Positions 30,033-40,072 of a stretch of 64,000 nucleotides of DNA are shown here, in pieces. Source of the DNA: Thermoplasmatota archaeon (lineage in GTDB: Archaea > Thermoplasmatota > E2 > DHVEG-1 > B18-G2); contig JAPDJO010000029.1 in the NCBI GenBank assembly GCA_029259115.1, positions 1 to 64,000 on the forward strand, written 5' to 3'. Made by a program: the position numbers and the translations under genes. The stretch's first letter is position 1, and each line of letters opens with the position of its first letter. The notes under the pieces were generated by a model. It saw only the letters and a program-made list of their open reading frames with translations, did not search any database and was not told the DNA's origin.

Positions 30033-30863
30033 ATGCCTTTCATCGAATCAGATGGTGCTAGAATAAAGTATCATATCATTGGTAGAGGAAAACCTTTGAT
30101 CTTTATATCCGGCCTAGGTATGGATCACAGAGTTTGGTTATACCAAGCTTCGCACTTTTTCAAAAAATCCATGGTAGTTCTTTTTGATAATAGAGGAATA
30201 GGAGAAAGTACCTATGATGGCAAAAGATTCTCCACTTATACGTTGGCTAGGGATGTTGTCAATTTGATGAACAACTTGGGTATAGACAAAGCAGACATTG
30301 TCGGTAGCTCTCTTGGTGGGATGATAGCCCAGGAAGTGGCTATAAATTTTCCAGATAGAGTAGATAATCTCGTATTGTCATCAACTACTGCAAAGTTAGA
30401 AAGAAAAGCAAGAAGAGGAGAATTTTTCAAAAATCTAGGAAAGATAATCAGCGGAGAGGTTGAGATATTGATTGATGCAGATCCAGAACACCCGATATTC
30501 AATAGAGCAATCAACTATATCTTACAAAATGCTTACAGCAGAGACTTCTTGATTAGGAATAAATCATTTGCAGAAAAACTTGCCAGAGATTATCTTTCTA
30601 AAGAGAATTATCACGAGATTCTGTTGCGCCAGGTTGGTGCTGCGCTTAGACATGATACAAGAAATAGGTTGAACTTGATAACGGCAAAAACTTTGATTTT
30701 ATCTGGCACAGATGACAGAATAATACCTGTAGAAAATGGAGAAAAGTTAGCTAGGAGAATAAAGAGATGCAAATTCGTTAAGATAAAAGGAGGAAGCCAT
30801 GGTCTGCATCTTGAGAGAGCTGAAGAGTTTAACAGATACGTAGAGAAATTTATCCTAGAATAA
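30033..30863 (+). CDS. Alpha/beta hydrolase
   Basis: FDNRG.G.S, GSSLGG, G..D..IP, GSH. Confidence 0.9.
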   Translation: MPFIESDGARIKYHIIGRGKPLIFISGLGMDHRVWLYQASHFFKKSMVVLFDNRGIGESTYDGKRFSTYTLARDVVNLMNNLGIDKADIVGSSLGGMIAQEVAINFPDRVDNLVLSSTTAKLERKARRGEFFKNLGKIISGEVEILIDADPEHPIFNRAINYILQNAYSRDFLIRNKSFAEKLARDYLSKENYHEILLRQVGAALRHDTRNRLNLITAKTLILSGTDDRIIPVENGEKLARRIKRCKFVKIKGGSHGLHLERAEEFNRYVEKFILE

Positions 30864-30895
30864 GTTTATATACCTTCTACGCAATAGGGAGAAAC

Positions 30896-31603
30896 ATGAG
30901 AAAATCCGTCGCTATAGCGATATCATTCATTTTGATTATGTTGATTGTTACTCCAACGAAGGCAAGTTTCTCAAAAGTGATAGAAGATGATAAAAGGGAT
31001 GTAATCAGTGTACTAACAAACGGAACTACAAGTAAACCAGACGTTGATATCAAGAAATTAACATATTATCAATACGATAATGGTAGAGTCATTCTCTCCT
31101 TGCAAGTCTATGGTGAGATAGATCCAAACTCAGAATACTGGATACTTTTATCAACATCGGACGGTAAAGAGAATGCAACATATCTGATTACATATACTCA
31201 AAACCCTGTCCTGCTGGAGAACGAGTCATCTGAAAGTGTTTTGGTCATGAAAGGAGACATTGATAAGGTTTTAGATAACTCCACGTTTGAGGAAATAAAT
31301 AAGGACACATTAAGAGTGACATTCTATCTTCTTAGCCCTAAGGAATCACTCACTGGTATAGAAGCGATCACATTTTGTGGTGAACAAATGTCTGGAGAGT
31401 GGATACCTCTTTATATGGATGAGTTAAATTACACAACTGAGCAAAGCCAGTCCCAACAGAATCAAAACCAAAACGGAGAAGATCAAGGAGGGGGGCAAAA
31501 CAACGAGGGTGGAGAAAAGAAATCTCCAGGATTTGAAATTATTATTCTGTTAGCTGCTGTATTCATATCTATTGTGATTTTAATAAGGAAGAAAAAGCTA
31601 TAA
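30896..31603 (+). CDS. Cell-surface protein with PGF-CTERM-like sorting tail
   Basis: Signal peptide; Q/N/G-rich linker; KKSPGFE + TM + RKKK. Confidence 0.8.
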   Translation: MRKSVAIAISFILIMLIVTPTKASFSKVIEDDKRDVISVLTNGTTSKPDVDIKKLTYYQYDNGRVILSLQVYGEIDPNSEYWILLSTSDGKENATYLITYTQNPVLLENESSESVLVMKGDIDKVLDNSTFEEINKDTLRVTFYLLSPKESLTGIEAITFCGEQMSGEWIPLYMDELNYTTEQSQSQQNQNQNGEDQGGGQNNEGGEKKSPGFEIIILLAAVFISIVILIRKKKL

Positions 31604-31640
31604 GTACTGACCACATTACAGCCCAGCGGAGGTTTCTGTT

Positions 31641-32981
31641 ATGTCTAGAAAGAGGGTTATAATAATGGGAGCTGCAGGAAGGGATTTTCATAATTTCAAT
31701 GTTGTATTCAGAGACAATCCAGATTATGAAGTTGTATGTTTTACAGCAACCCAAATACCATCAATAGAGGGTAGACTATATCCTCCAGAATTATCTGGAA
31801 AACTATACCCAAATGGTATCCCTATATATCCCGAATCTGATCTTCCCAAACTGATAAAAGAGAAAGATATCGATATTGTTGTTCTTGCCTACAGTGATTT
31901 ATCTTACGATTATGTAATGCATAGATCAGCCATAGTTAACTCAGCCGGGGCCGACTTCATGCTTCTAGGTTCGAATAGTACAATGCTAAAGTCAAAAAAA
32001 CCTGTCATTGCTATAACCGCTGTAAGGACAGGATGTGGAAAATCTCAGGTCTCTAGGAAGATTTTTGAAATACTTTCCAAGAAGGGACTAAGACCTGTTT
32101 CAATAAGACATCCTATGCCTTATGACAGGGATCTCAAGACTCAGATAGTTCAAAGATTCTCATCTTACGAAGATCTTGACAGATATAATTGCACCATCGA
32201 AGAAAGAGAAGAGTATGAGCCATACATAGACATGGGAGGGATAGTTTATGCAGGCGTTGATTACCAGAGGATACTGGAGAACGCAGAGAGAGAGGCAGAT
32301 GTAATAATATGGGATGGAGGCAATAATGACTTTCCCTTTATAAAGCCTGATCTCTGGATTACGGTTGCTGATCCTCATAGAGCTGGTCATGAAATATCAT
32401 ACTACCCTGGAGAGGTGAATTTCAGATCAGCAGATGTTATAGTGATAAACAAGGTCAACACAGCAAAAAGAGAGGATGTAGATAAGATAATAGAGAATGC
32501 AAAAAAACTGAACCCTAGTGCGAAGATTATAGAGGCAGTATCTGAAATTAAGGTTGATAACCCAGAGATGATCAACGGAAAAAGAGTGTTGGTTATAGAG
32601 GATGGACCTACAGTAACGCATGGCGAGATGAACTATGGTGCAGGATACTTTGCAGCTATAGAGAATAACGCAAAGGAAATCGTAGATCCTAGACCTTTTG
32701 CAGTTGGTTCAATAGTTGAAACCTTCAAGAAATATCCCCATCTCTCAAAGGTCTTACCAGCTATGGGTTATGGTAAAGAGCAGATAAAGGAGTTAGAAGA
32801 AACGATAAACAGATGTGATGCAGATATTGTTGTAAGTGGTACTCCTATAGATCTCAATAGAATACTAAATGTAAATAAACCCATAGTCAGAGTCAGATAT
32901 GGAGTTGGTAGAGAGACTGAGAGAAAGATAGAAGAGATCGTTGAGGGTTTCTTAGAGAAGGTGAAGATAAACCTATCTTAG
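31641..32981 (+). CDS. COG2403 family ATPase; likely arginine synthetase (ArcE-like) rather than cDPG synthetase
   Basis: GAAGRDFHNFN, RTGCGKS, EEREEYE, WDGGNND, EDGPT.THG, PAMGY. Confidence 0.75.
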   Translation: MSRKRVIIMGAAGRDFHNFNVVFRDNPDYEVVCFTATQIPSIEGRLYPPELSGKLYPNGIPIYPESDLPKLIKEKDIDIVVLAYSDLSYDYVMHRSAIVNSAGADFMLLGSNSTMLKSKKPVIAITAVRTGCGKSQVSRKIFEILSKKGLRPVSIRHPMPYDRDLKTQIVQRFSSYEDLDRYNCTIEEREEYEPYIDMGGIVYAGVDYQRILENAEREADVIIWDGGNNDFPFIKPDLWITVADPHRAGHEISYYPGEVNFRSADVIVINKVNTAKREDVDKIIENAKKLNPSAKIIEAVSEIKVDNPEMINGKRVLVIEDGPTVTHGEMNYGAGYFAAIENNAKEIVDPRPFAVGSIVETFKKYPHLSKVLPAMGYGKEQIKELEETINRCDADIVVSGTPIDLNRILNVNKPIVRVRYGVGRETERKIEEIVEGFLEKVKINLS

Positions 32982-33932
32982 GCTTCTCCCTACAAGAGCA
33001 AACTGAGCCAAGAGGGCTTCAAGCTGTATCCTTTCATTGCTTCCCTCAACCAATCTGAATTCAGCTTCTCCAACCCTCTCTATCAAACTTATCTTCTTAT
33101 CCTCAGGTATAGTGAGATCGTAAATGGTTTGATGAATCTGACTAAGTATATCTTCTCCACTTAGTCCATACTTTGTGAATAGATCCTCTAGAATTTTTCT
33201 TGATGCCATGAACTCTCCTCTCAAAGCCTGCTCAACCAACTCTTTTATCTCCTCAGGTCTTATGGTTGATGTTGAAAGATATACCGTATCTGAATCTATT
33301 TTCTTACTTACTGATGCAGATATCTGGAGGGCATTGATTGCTTTTCTCATGTCTCCCTTCGCCACGAAAGCAATCGCATCTAATGCATCATCTGTTATCT
33401 CTAGTCCCTCTTTTTCAGCTATCATCCTAATATAACTCTTTACATCTTCATCACTTAAAGGTCTGAATCTAAAGATTGCGCATCTAGACTGAATAGGTTC
33501 TATTATCCTAGAAGAGTAATTTGCCGAGAGAATAAATCTACATATGTGGGAGTACATTTCCATAGTTCTTCTTAGGGCTGCTTGAGCATCACTTGTTAGA
33601 GCATCTGCTTCATCAAGAAAGATTATCTTGAAACCAACATCTCCAATAGGTGCCGTTCTTGCAAAATCCTTTATCTTGCCTCTGACAACATTTATTCCTC
33701 TCTCATCACTAGCATTCAATTCATGAAAGTTTTGCTTCCAGGCATCGCCAAAGATTTCTCTGGCTATGGCTATTGCGCAGGTCGTTTTTCCTGTTCCCGC
33801 AGGTCCAGCAAAGAGCAGATGCGGTATATTTTTTGATCTGACATAGGCTGATAATCTTTCTATAATTTCCCTATGTCCAACTATCTCGCTCAGTTTTTTT
33901 GGTCTGTATTTCTCTATCCAGATATCTTCCAT
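32973..33932 (-). CDS. rfcS: Replication factor C small subunit
   Basis: W.EKYRP, GPAGTGKT, ELNASDERG, LDEAD, QSRC; no intein. Confidence 0.96.
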   Translation of the reverse strand: MEDIWIEKYRPKKLSEIVGHREIIERLSAYVRSKNIPHLLFAGPAGTGKTTCAIAIAREIFGDAWKQNFHELNASDERGINVVRGKIKDFARTAPIGDVGFKIIFLDEADALTSDAQAALRRTMEMYSHICRFILSANYSSRIIEPIQSRCAIFRFRPLSDEDVKSYIRMIAEKEGLEITDDALDAIAFVAKGDMRKAINALQISASVSKKIDSDTVYLSTSTIRPEEIKELVEQALRGEFMASRKILEDLFTKYGLSGEDILSQIHQTIYDLTIPEDKKISLIERVGEAEFRLVEGSNERIQLEALLAQFALVGRSLR

Positions 33933-33984
33933 CGGTAGTAAAATGTCATAACATTTTTAATAATCTTCCATTTACCTTCTTACC

Positions 33985-35334
33985 ATGCCCTTTATTCCAA
34001 ATTCATCATTGAAAAAGGAGATGCTGAAAGAGATCGGATTAAGGAGCATAGATGAACTATTTTCTGATATTCCCGAAGAAATTAGGATAAATGATCTCAA
34101 CTTACCTGAAGGATTAACCGAAGAGGAGGTTGTAAAAAAACTCAGGGAGATATCCAAGAAGAATAAACCCTTTCCGGATGTGCTTTCTTTCTTGGGCGGA
34201 GGAGTGAAACCTCATTATGTACCATCTGCTGTAAAGCATATTCTCATGAGATCTGAGTTTTATACCTCATACACTCCTTATCAGCCAGAAGCTTCACAGG
34301 GCTTTCTGCAAGCGATGTTCGAGTATCAAAGCATAATAGCGGAGCTGACAGGTATGGATATAGCCAATTGCTCTCTCTATGATATGTCAACGTCTCTGGG
34401 AGAAGCGGTTAGGATGTGTATGAGAATAAATAGGAAAAGAAGGGTACTGATTCCCAGAAATTTATCGTGGGAGAGGAAATCTGTTTTGGGAAATTATATC
34501 AGAGGATTGAATGCAGAAATAGTAGAGATAGATTATGATAGAGAAACTGGAAGAGTAAATACCTCAGATTTGGAAAAAAAGATAAATGGTGACGCATGCT
34601 GTTTATACATAGAAAATCCAAATTATTTTGGGATATTTGAGGAAGATATTGATGAGATATCAGAAATGACTCACAAAAGAGGAGTTCTTCTCATAGCTGG
34701 AGTAGATCTTTTATCGTTAGCTCTAGTGAAACCTCCGGGAGATTATAATGCTGATATTGCCATAAGTGAGGGTAGAACTTATGGTACAACCATGAATATG
34801 GGTGGATCCTCACTCGGAATATTTGCATGCAAGAAGGAGTTTCTCAGAAATATGCCTGGAAGGATAATAGGTTTAACCCATGATTTAGATGGAAATAGAG
34901 CATTTTGTATGACTCTCCAAACAAGAGAACAACACATAAGAAGAGAAAGGGCGACTAGCAACATATGTACAAATGAATCACTAAATGCATTAGCTACTTT
35001 AATTTACATCTCTCTCCTAGGAAGTAAAGGACTTGTTGATCTAGCAAAAAGAAACTTAGAGAATGCCAGAAAGTTGTATGAGAAATTGATCTCTCTTCCA
35101 TGGTTCAAACCTGCATTCTCTGGAAGATACTTCAACGAGTTCGTTCTTAGATCATCTCAAGATGTGTACTATATGAACAGAGAACTTTTGAAAAGAGACA
35201 TAATTGCTGGTTTACCTCTTGAAAAGCATTTCCCTGAGCTTGAGAGATGCATGCTATTCGGAATAACAGAAGTCTACAGCGAAGAAGATATGGACAAACT
35301 TGTGAGAGCAATAAAGGAGGTGTATCATGTATAG
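33985..35334 (+). CDS. gcvPA: Glycine dehydrogenase subunit 1
   Basis: YTPYQPE.SQG, TREQHIRRE.ATSNICTN. Confidence 0.95.
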   Translation: MPFIPNSSLKKEMLKEIGLRSIDELFSDIPEEIRINDLNLPEGLTEEEVVKKLREISKKNKPFPDVLSFLGGGVKPHYVPSAVKHILMRSEFYTSYTPYQPEASQGFLQAMFEYQSIIAELTGMDIANCSLYDMSTSLGEAVRMCMRINRKRRVLIPRNLSWERKSVLGNYIRGLNAEIVEIDYDRETGRVNTSDLEKKINGDACCLYIENPNYFGIFEEDIDEISEMTHKRGVLLIAGVDLLSLALVKPPGDYNADIAISEGRTYGTTMNMGGSSLGIFACKKEFLRNMPGRIIGLTHDLDGNRAFCMTLQTREQHIRRERATSNICTNESLNALATLIYISLLGSKGLVDLAKRNLENARKLYEKLISLPWFKPAFSGRYFNEFVLRSSQDVYYMNRELLKRDIIAGLPLEKHFPELERCMLFGITEVYSEEDMDKLVRAIKEVYHV

Positions 35335-36763
35335 GTTTGCAAGGTTCGATGAACCTCTGCTAAACAAGCTTCCCCAGAAAAAGGTAGAGATAGATGTTTA
35401 TCACCCTTCTATCCCAGATAAATTAAGGAGAAAACGTCCTCCAAACATACCAAATTTGGAAGAGCAACAGGTAGTTAGACATTTCTTTAGACTTAGTCAG
35501 ATGAATTATGGCATAGAAAATGGGATGTATCCTCTTGGCTCCTGCACAATGAAGTATAATCCAAAGATATGCGAAGATATAGCAAGTTGGAGAGAGTTTA
35601 CAGATATTCACCCATATCAGGATGAATCTACATTTCAAGGGACTCTCGAGATGCTTTATGAATTGGAAGCGATGCTAAAAGAGATAACCGGCATGGATGC
35701 ATTCTCTTTCCAGCCTGCTGCGGGTGCACATGGTGAATTTCTTGGGATGTTACTTGTTAGAGCGTATCACGAATTTAATGGAGATACTGACAGGAAAGAA
35801 GTGATAATTCCAGATACAGCTCACGGGACAAATCCAGCCTCAGCCAAGATGGCAGGATTCGATGTCATCGAGATACCCTCGAATAATGAAGGCACTGTGG
35901 ATCTAGAAGCTTTGAGAAAAGTTCTTTCAGATAAAACAGCAGCCCTGATGCTGACAAATCCGAATACCCTTGGTATATTTGAATCCGATATACTAGAAAT
36001 TGAGAAGATGGTTCACGATGCAGGTGCACTTCTCTACTACGATGGTGCAAATCTCAATGCAATCCTTGGAAAAGCTAGACCTGGAGATATGGGCTTCGAC
36101 ATAGTTCATCTCAATTTTCATAAGACTTTTGCTACCCCACATGGTGGTGGTGGACCTGGGGCTGGACCTGTTGGGGTAAAAGAGAGTCTTGAGAAGTTTT
36201 TGCCTGTGCCAAGGATAAAAAAGGATGGAAAGAGGTATGTTTTAGATTATGATAAACCTTATTCCATAGGGAAAATAAGAGATTTCTATGGAAATATAGA
36301 GGTTTGTATCAAAGCTTACGTTTATCTTTTGATGATGGGTAAAAGCCTGAAAGAGGTAGCAGAGATTTCTGTTTTAAATTCAAATTACATGAAGGAGAAG
36401 CTGAAAAAATCTGGTTTCTACGAGTTACCATATAAAGATCTAAGGAAACATGAGTTTGTCGTAAGTTGCGAGAAACTTCTAAGAGAGAAAGGGATAAGAG
36501 CGCTCGATGTGGCAAAGAGATTGCTTGATTATGGTATGCATCCTCCAACCATATACTTTCCCCTAATAGTCAAAGAGGCTCTTATGATAGAGCCTACAGA
36601 GACAGAAACCAAGGAAGATATAGATGCTTATGTTGATGCTCTCATATCTATAGCTAAGGAAGATCCGGAAGTAGTAAGATCAGCTCCGAGTAAAACGCCT
36701 GTTAAGAGGGTAGATGAAGCAAGCGCAGCAAAGAACCCAGTTTTAACTTGGAAGGACATCTAA
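35327..36763 (+). CDS. gcvPB: Glycine dehydrogenase subunit 2
   Basis: PLGSCTMKYNP, AHGTNPASA, HKTF.TPHGGGGPG. Confidence 0.96.
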   Translation: MYRFARFDEPLLNKLPQKKVEIDVYHPSIPDKLRRKRPPNIPNLEEQQVVRHFFRLSQMNYGIENGMYPLGSCTMKYNPKICEDIASWREFTDIHPYQDESTFQGTLEMLYELEAMLKEITGMDAFSFQPAAGAHGEFLGMLLVRAYHEFNGDTDRKEVIIPDTAHGTNPASAKMAGFDVIEIPSNNEGTVDLEALRKVLSDKTAALMLTNPNTLGIFESDILEIEKMVHDAGALLYYDGANLNAILGKARPGDMGFDIVHLNFHKTFATPHGGGGPGAGPVGVKESLEKFLPVPRIKKDGKRYVLDYDKPYSIGKIRDFYGNIEVCIKAYVYLLMMGKSLKEVAEISVLNSNYMKEKLKKSGFYELPYKDLRKHEFVVSCEKLLREKGIRALDVAKRLLDYGMHPPTIYFPLIVKEALMIEPTETETKEDIDAYVDALISIAKEDPEVVRSAPSKTPVKRVDEASAAKNPVLTWKDI

Positions 36764-37607
36764 TAGGAAACATCCATCGAAGGTAAGTGTTTCTGATTTC
36801 GCCACCATTGTCTATACTATCTCCACTATTTTCACCAACGTTTATCGTAAAGTGGGCAATCTCTATGTTTCCAATGGTTTTTGCAACGATTCTTATCCTA
36901 ATTGTGTACCTTCCTTCATCTCTGTATTTGTGGGAAATTTCTCCAGATTTGCTTACACTTTGAGGGCCTACTATGCTTCTGCTTCCGTCTCCCCAATCTA
37001 TGACATATGTTACATACTTAGGTAACTTGCTTTCTATATCTTGAGGTACAGGTTTTCCAAGTTTTGCACATACTACGCCAGCAATAACCAGATTGGAATA
37101 GTAGAGGTTTATCTGGAGGTTCTCTAAAATGCCGTATATCCCAAGGAACGCAAAGACATCCCAGTAAAAGATCTTGTCCATTTTTACAGGATACTCTAAT
37201 CTTCCACTTGCATCTTTCATAAAGGTCTTCATATCTAGATTCTTTCCCTCCTTGGCGCCTTGCATACGGTATACGCCAATCACTCCGACATCTGGAGGAG
37301 AGAAGAGATCATCTTCTATTAAATCCACGTTGTAATCCACGTGCATACTGAAATCTCCTGATACTGATTTCGTTATAACCCCTATGGTTCCTCCCATTAA
37401 CTTTGTTCCTTCTACACTAGCACTCACAAGTTTTCTATCTCCGTCTATAATTACTGATCCTATCTTTATCTCATCATCTCCTGTTGTTGGATTTGGTTTT
37501 ATATGATTGATAACTGAAGTGGACCTGTGATTTGCTCCCACAGAGAGTGTTGAAAAAACTAGTATGCATACTATAAAAACACCCAATATCCCCCTCATTT
37601 TTATCAT
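36702..37607 (-). CDS. Secreted protein with PKD-like domain
   Basis: Signal peptide; YVIDWGDGS...SHKY...G.YTI; 3' end overlaps gcvPB by 62 nt. Confidence 0.75.
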   Translation of the reverse strand: MIKMRGILGVFIVCILVFSTLSVGANHRSTSVINHIKPNPTTGDDEIKIGSVIIDGDRKLVSASVEGTKLMGGTIGVITKSVSGDFSMHVDYNVDLIEDDLFSPPDVGVIGVYRMQGAKEGKNLDMKTFMKDASGRLEYPVKMDKIFYWDVFAFLGIYGILENLQINLYYSNLVIAGVVCAKLGKPVPQDIESKLPKYVTYVIDWGDGSRSIVGPQSVSKSGEISHKYRDEGRYTIRIRIVAKTIGNIEIAHFTINVGENSGDSIDNGGEIRNTYLRWMFPIRCPSKLKLGSLLRLLHLPS

Positions 37608-37697
37608 AAATCCAATAATTTTACTTGTATAAATATTTAATCCTTCTTATCTTAGAAGATGCACTACGAAAACATTTAATTACTGGATAAATCTTAC

Positions 37698-39083
37698 ATG
37701 TTAAGGAATAACATGGGGGAAATATCGTTTGATGAGTATATTAAAAAGTTTGACAGACTGGAATCCAGATATATACCTCCTAAAGAGGAGTGGCTACCTC
37801 CTGATGAGGCTCTATATGGAGTGAAAGATATATATAGAGTTCCCCTAGAGAAGGCAAAGAAGCTGAGATTTAAAGCCATAAAATACACATTTAAGCATCA
37901 CTACGAAAATAATAAGTTTTATAGAAACCTCTGTAAAGAGAAAAACGTATCCCCAGATGATATCAAAAGCGAGGAAGATTTTCTGAAGATACCTCTCTTA
38001 CCTGATAAATTCTTCAAGAATTATCCTGAGGGAAAGGAGTTCGCATTCTGGATAGCAAATATATATACAGGCGATTTACCCAGCATTTTCATAAAGAAAA
38101 AGAACCCAAAGATAGATGATATAATAAGGGAGTTTAACAGAAAAGGATTGAGAATAGCATACAGCAGCGGAACAAGCGGAAGGCACACGTTCATACCAAG
38201 GGATGAAAGAACGTTTAATAGAGCCGTCTATGGTGGAGCGAAAGGATTTGTATCAATGGCCTATCCAAGATGGGATTTTGATAAAATCCATGGGTATCTC
38301 TCCTTGTATGCAAGAAATATAAACTTATTTGCAGGAATGATGGGAGGCATTTTTACTGATATGCTGAAATACATTGACTATGGATTTGTTTTGAATATAG
38401 AGGTAACAACAGATATACTACAAGCTGCGATGAGAGGAAGGAGGAACATTCTCATAAGATTAGCATCGCTTTACATAGACTGGAGGAGAACTAGGAAGTT
38501 TATAGAGTGGTTGAAGGAGAGAGATAGGGATAAAGACGATATCGCTCTACTTGGAGCACCATTCTTCCTGAACCATATCATGAGTCTGTTGGAGAAGAAA
38601 GGACTATCTTTTGATTTCGGAGATAAAAGCTTTGTTGTTACCGGCGGCGGCTGGAAAATCAGAGAAAATGTAAGAATAACAACCAAAGAGTTTAGGGATA
38701 GAGTGGAGAAGGTTTTGGGTATACCTCATACCAATTGTTTAGACGCTTACGGAATGGTAGAAGGTAATGGCTTTATGTTCCACTGTCCAGAGGGGCATTA
38801 CTTACATATACCCTACTCGTATTACTACCCAATAATCATTGGTAAGGATGGAGAGCCTGCTGGATATGGAGAGACTGGAAGATTTGCATTTCTGGATGCT
38901 CTCGCTACTAGTTACCCAGGATTCATAATCTCAGGTGACGAAGTCAAACTTCTAGAGCACTGTCCAGTCTGTGATAGACCTGGTCCGGTTTTAGAGCCTG
39001 AGATAAAAAGAGCAAAAGGAGAAGAGGTAAGAGGTTGTGCTGAAGAGGTAAGAAGGATGTTGTCCATAGGTTCAGGTGATTAA
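37698..39083 (+). CDS. LuxE-like acyl-protein synthetase, copy 1
   Basis: SSGTSG adenylation loop, TGGGWK, D.YGMVE, SYPGFII.GD, C-terminal RGC. Confidence 0.88.
   Translation: MLRNNMGEISFDEYIKKFDRLESRYIPPKEEWLPPDEALYGVKDIYRVPLEKAKKLRFKAIKYTFKHHYENNKFYRNLCKEKNVSPDDIKSEEDFLKIPLLPDKFFKNYPEGKEFAFWIANIYTGDLPSIFIKKKNPKIDDIIREFNRKGLRIAYSSGTSGRHTFIPRDERTFNRAVYGGAKGFVSMAYPRWDFDKIHGYLSLYARNINLFAGMMGGIFTDMLKYIDYGFVLNIEVTTDILQAAMRGRRNILIRLASLYIDWRRTRKFIEWLKERDRDKDDIALLGAPFFLNHIMSLLEKKGLSFDFGDKSFVVTGGGWKIRENVRITTKEFRDRVEKVLGIPHTNCLDAYGMVEGNGFMFHCPEGHYLHIPYSYYYPIIIGKDGEPAGYGETGRFAFLDALATSYPGFIISGDEVKLLEHCPVCDRPGPVLEPEIKRAKGEEVRGCAEEVRRMLSIGSGD
38932..39047 (+). repeat. Near-identical C-terminal segment of LuxE genes (copies 38932-39047, 41301-41416, 43567-43653)
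   Basis: 112/116 nt identical between copies 1 and 2; copy 3 matches each at 85/87; all mismatches synonymous. Confidence 0.92.
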
Positions 39084-40068
39084 AATGGAAGATGACATGG
39101 AAGAGGTTGTTTCAAAAAAACTAAAGCTGATAATGTTCAAAGGAATGATAGCTCTGGGATGGGTTCTTTTGACTAATATAGGAACATTCAGAAGAATGGG
39201 TAAAGTTGCGAAGGAAGTGAAATACGTTAGACCTCCAAGGAGGTATGATATTCCTAAATACAAAGAAGGAATGAAGGTTTGCGAGTCTGATGAAAAATAT
39301 CTCAGACCCACTCCTTACTGCAACTATAGAGTACCAGAGATAATAGCTCTAGCTAATGAGCTTGGAGCATTCAAAAAATCAGACTACGAGTATGCCAAAT
39401 CAGTATTCGAATTTGTTAAGAGGAACATTATCTTGGAATTTCTACCAATGGATGATGCTAGAGATACTCTTCTAAGAGGTACAGGGACATGCATCCATAA
39501 AATCTCTTTGTTCATCGCTCTATGCAGAGCTGCAGGCATAAAGGCCAGATATAAATTGTATGCACCAATAATGACGCAAGCCTGGTATGATCATCTGATA
39601 GGAGCTGATCCTCTGGCTCAGCAGTGGTATAATGCTATGGGATACTTCTTACTACATGGTGAAGGAGAAGTTTACATAGATGGAAAATGGATAGTAGCTG
39701 ATGTAGGTCCAACTCCAGAAAGGCAGGCAGCACAGGGGATACCTATAACAAAATTCGGGGAAGATTCAATCGGAACTTGGTTTTATGCAGTGCCTAACAC
39801 TATAACAAAAGTAGAATCCATAACCTCTCTAGGTTTAGGAGGAAAAATGACGAGACCTCTCTTAAGAGTTTTCATGAATAAAATAGCAAAAGTACCTCTT
39901 GCTAGACTGAATAACAGTATTCTCGAGCAAATAGAGAGAGGAAAAAAGATATTAGAAGAAATGGGTGAAGAAGAATATGATAAAAAAGCAAGAGAGAAAT
40001 ACAAACCAATGATGTTAAAGCCAGAATTGTTGGAAAGAAAACCTGGATTAAGATTTAAAGGAGAGTGA
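39076..40068 (+). CDS. Transglutaminase-like cysteine enzyme
   Basis: TL..GTGTC..K..L..ALCRAAGI.ARY; H(GEGEVY)..GKW...D gives a Cys-His-Asp triad. Confidence 0.88.
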   Translation: MIKMEDDMEEVVSKKLKLIMFKGMIALGWVLLTNIGTFRRMGKVAKEVKYVRPPRRYDIPKYKEGMKVCESDEKYLRPTPYCNYRVPEIIALANELGAFKKSDYEYAKSVFEFVKRNIILEFLPMDDARDTLLRGTGTCIHKISLFIALCRAAGIKARYKLYAPIMTQAWYDHLIGADPLAQQWYNAMGYFLLHGEGEVYIDGKWIVADVGPTPERQAAQGIPITKFGEDSIGTWFYAVPNTITKVESITSLGLGGKMTRPLLRVFMNKIAKVPLARLNNSILEQIERGKKILEEMGEEEYDKKAREKYKPMMLKPELLERKPGLRFKGE

Positions 40069-40072
40069 TACC

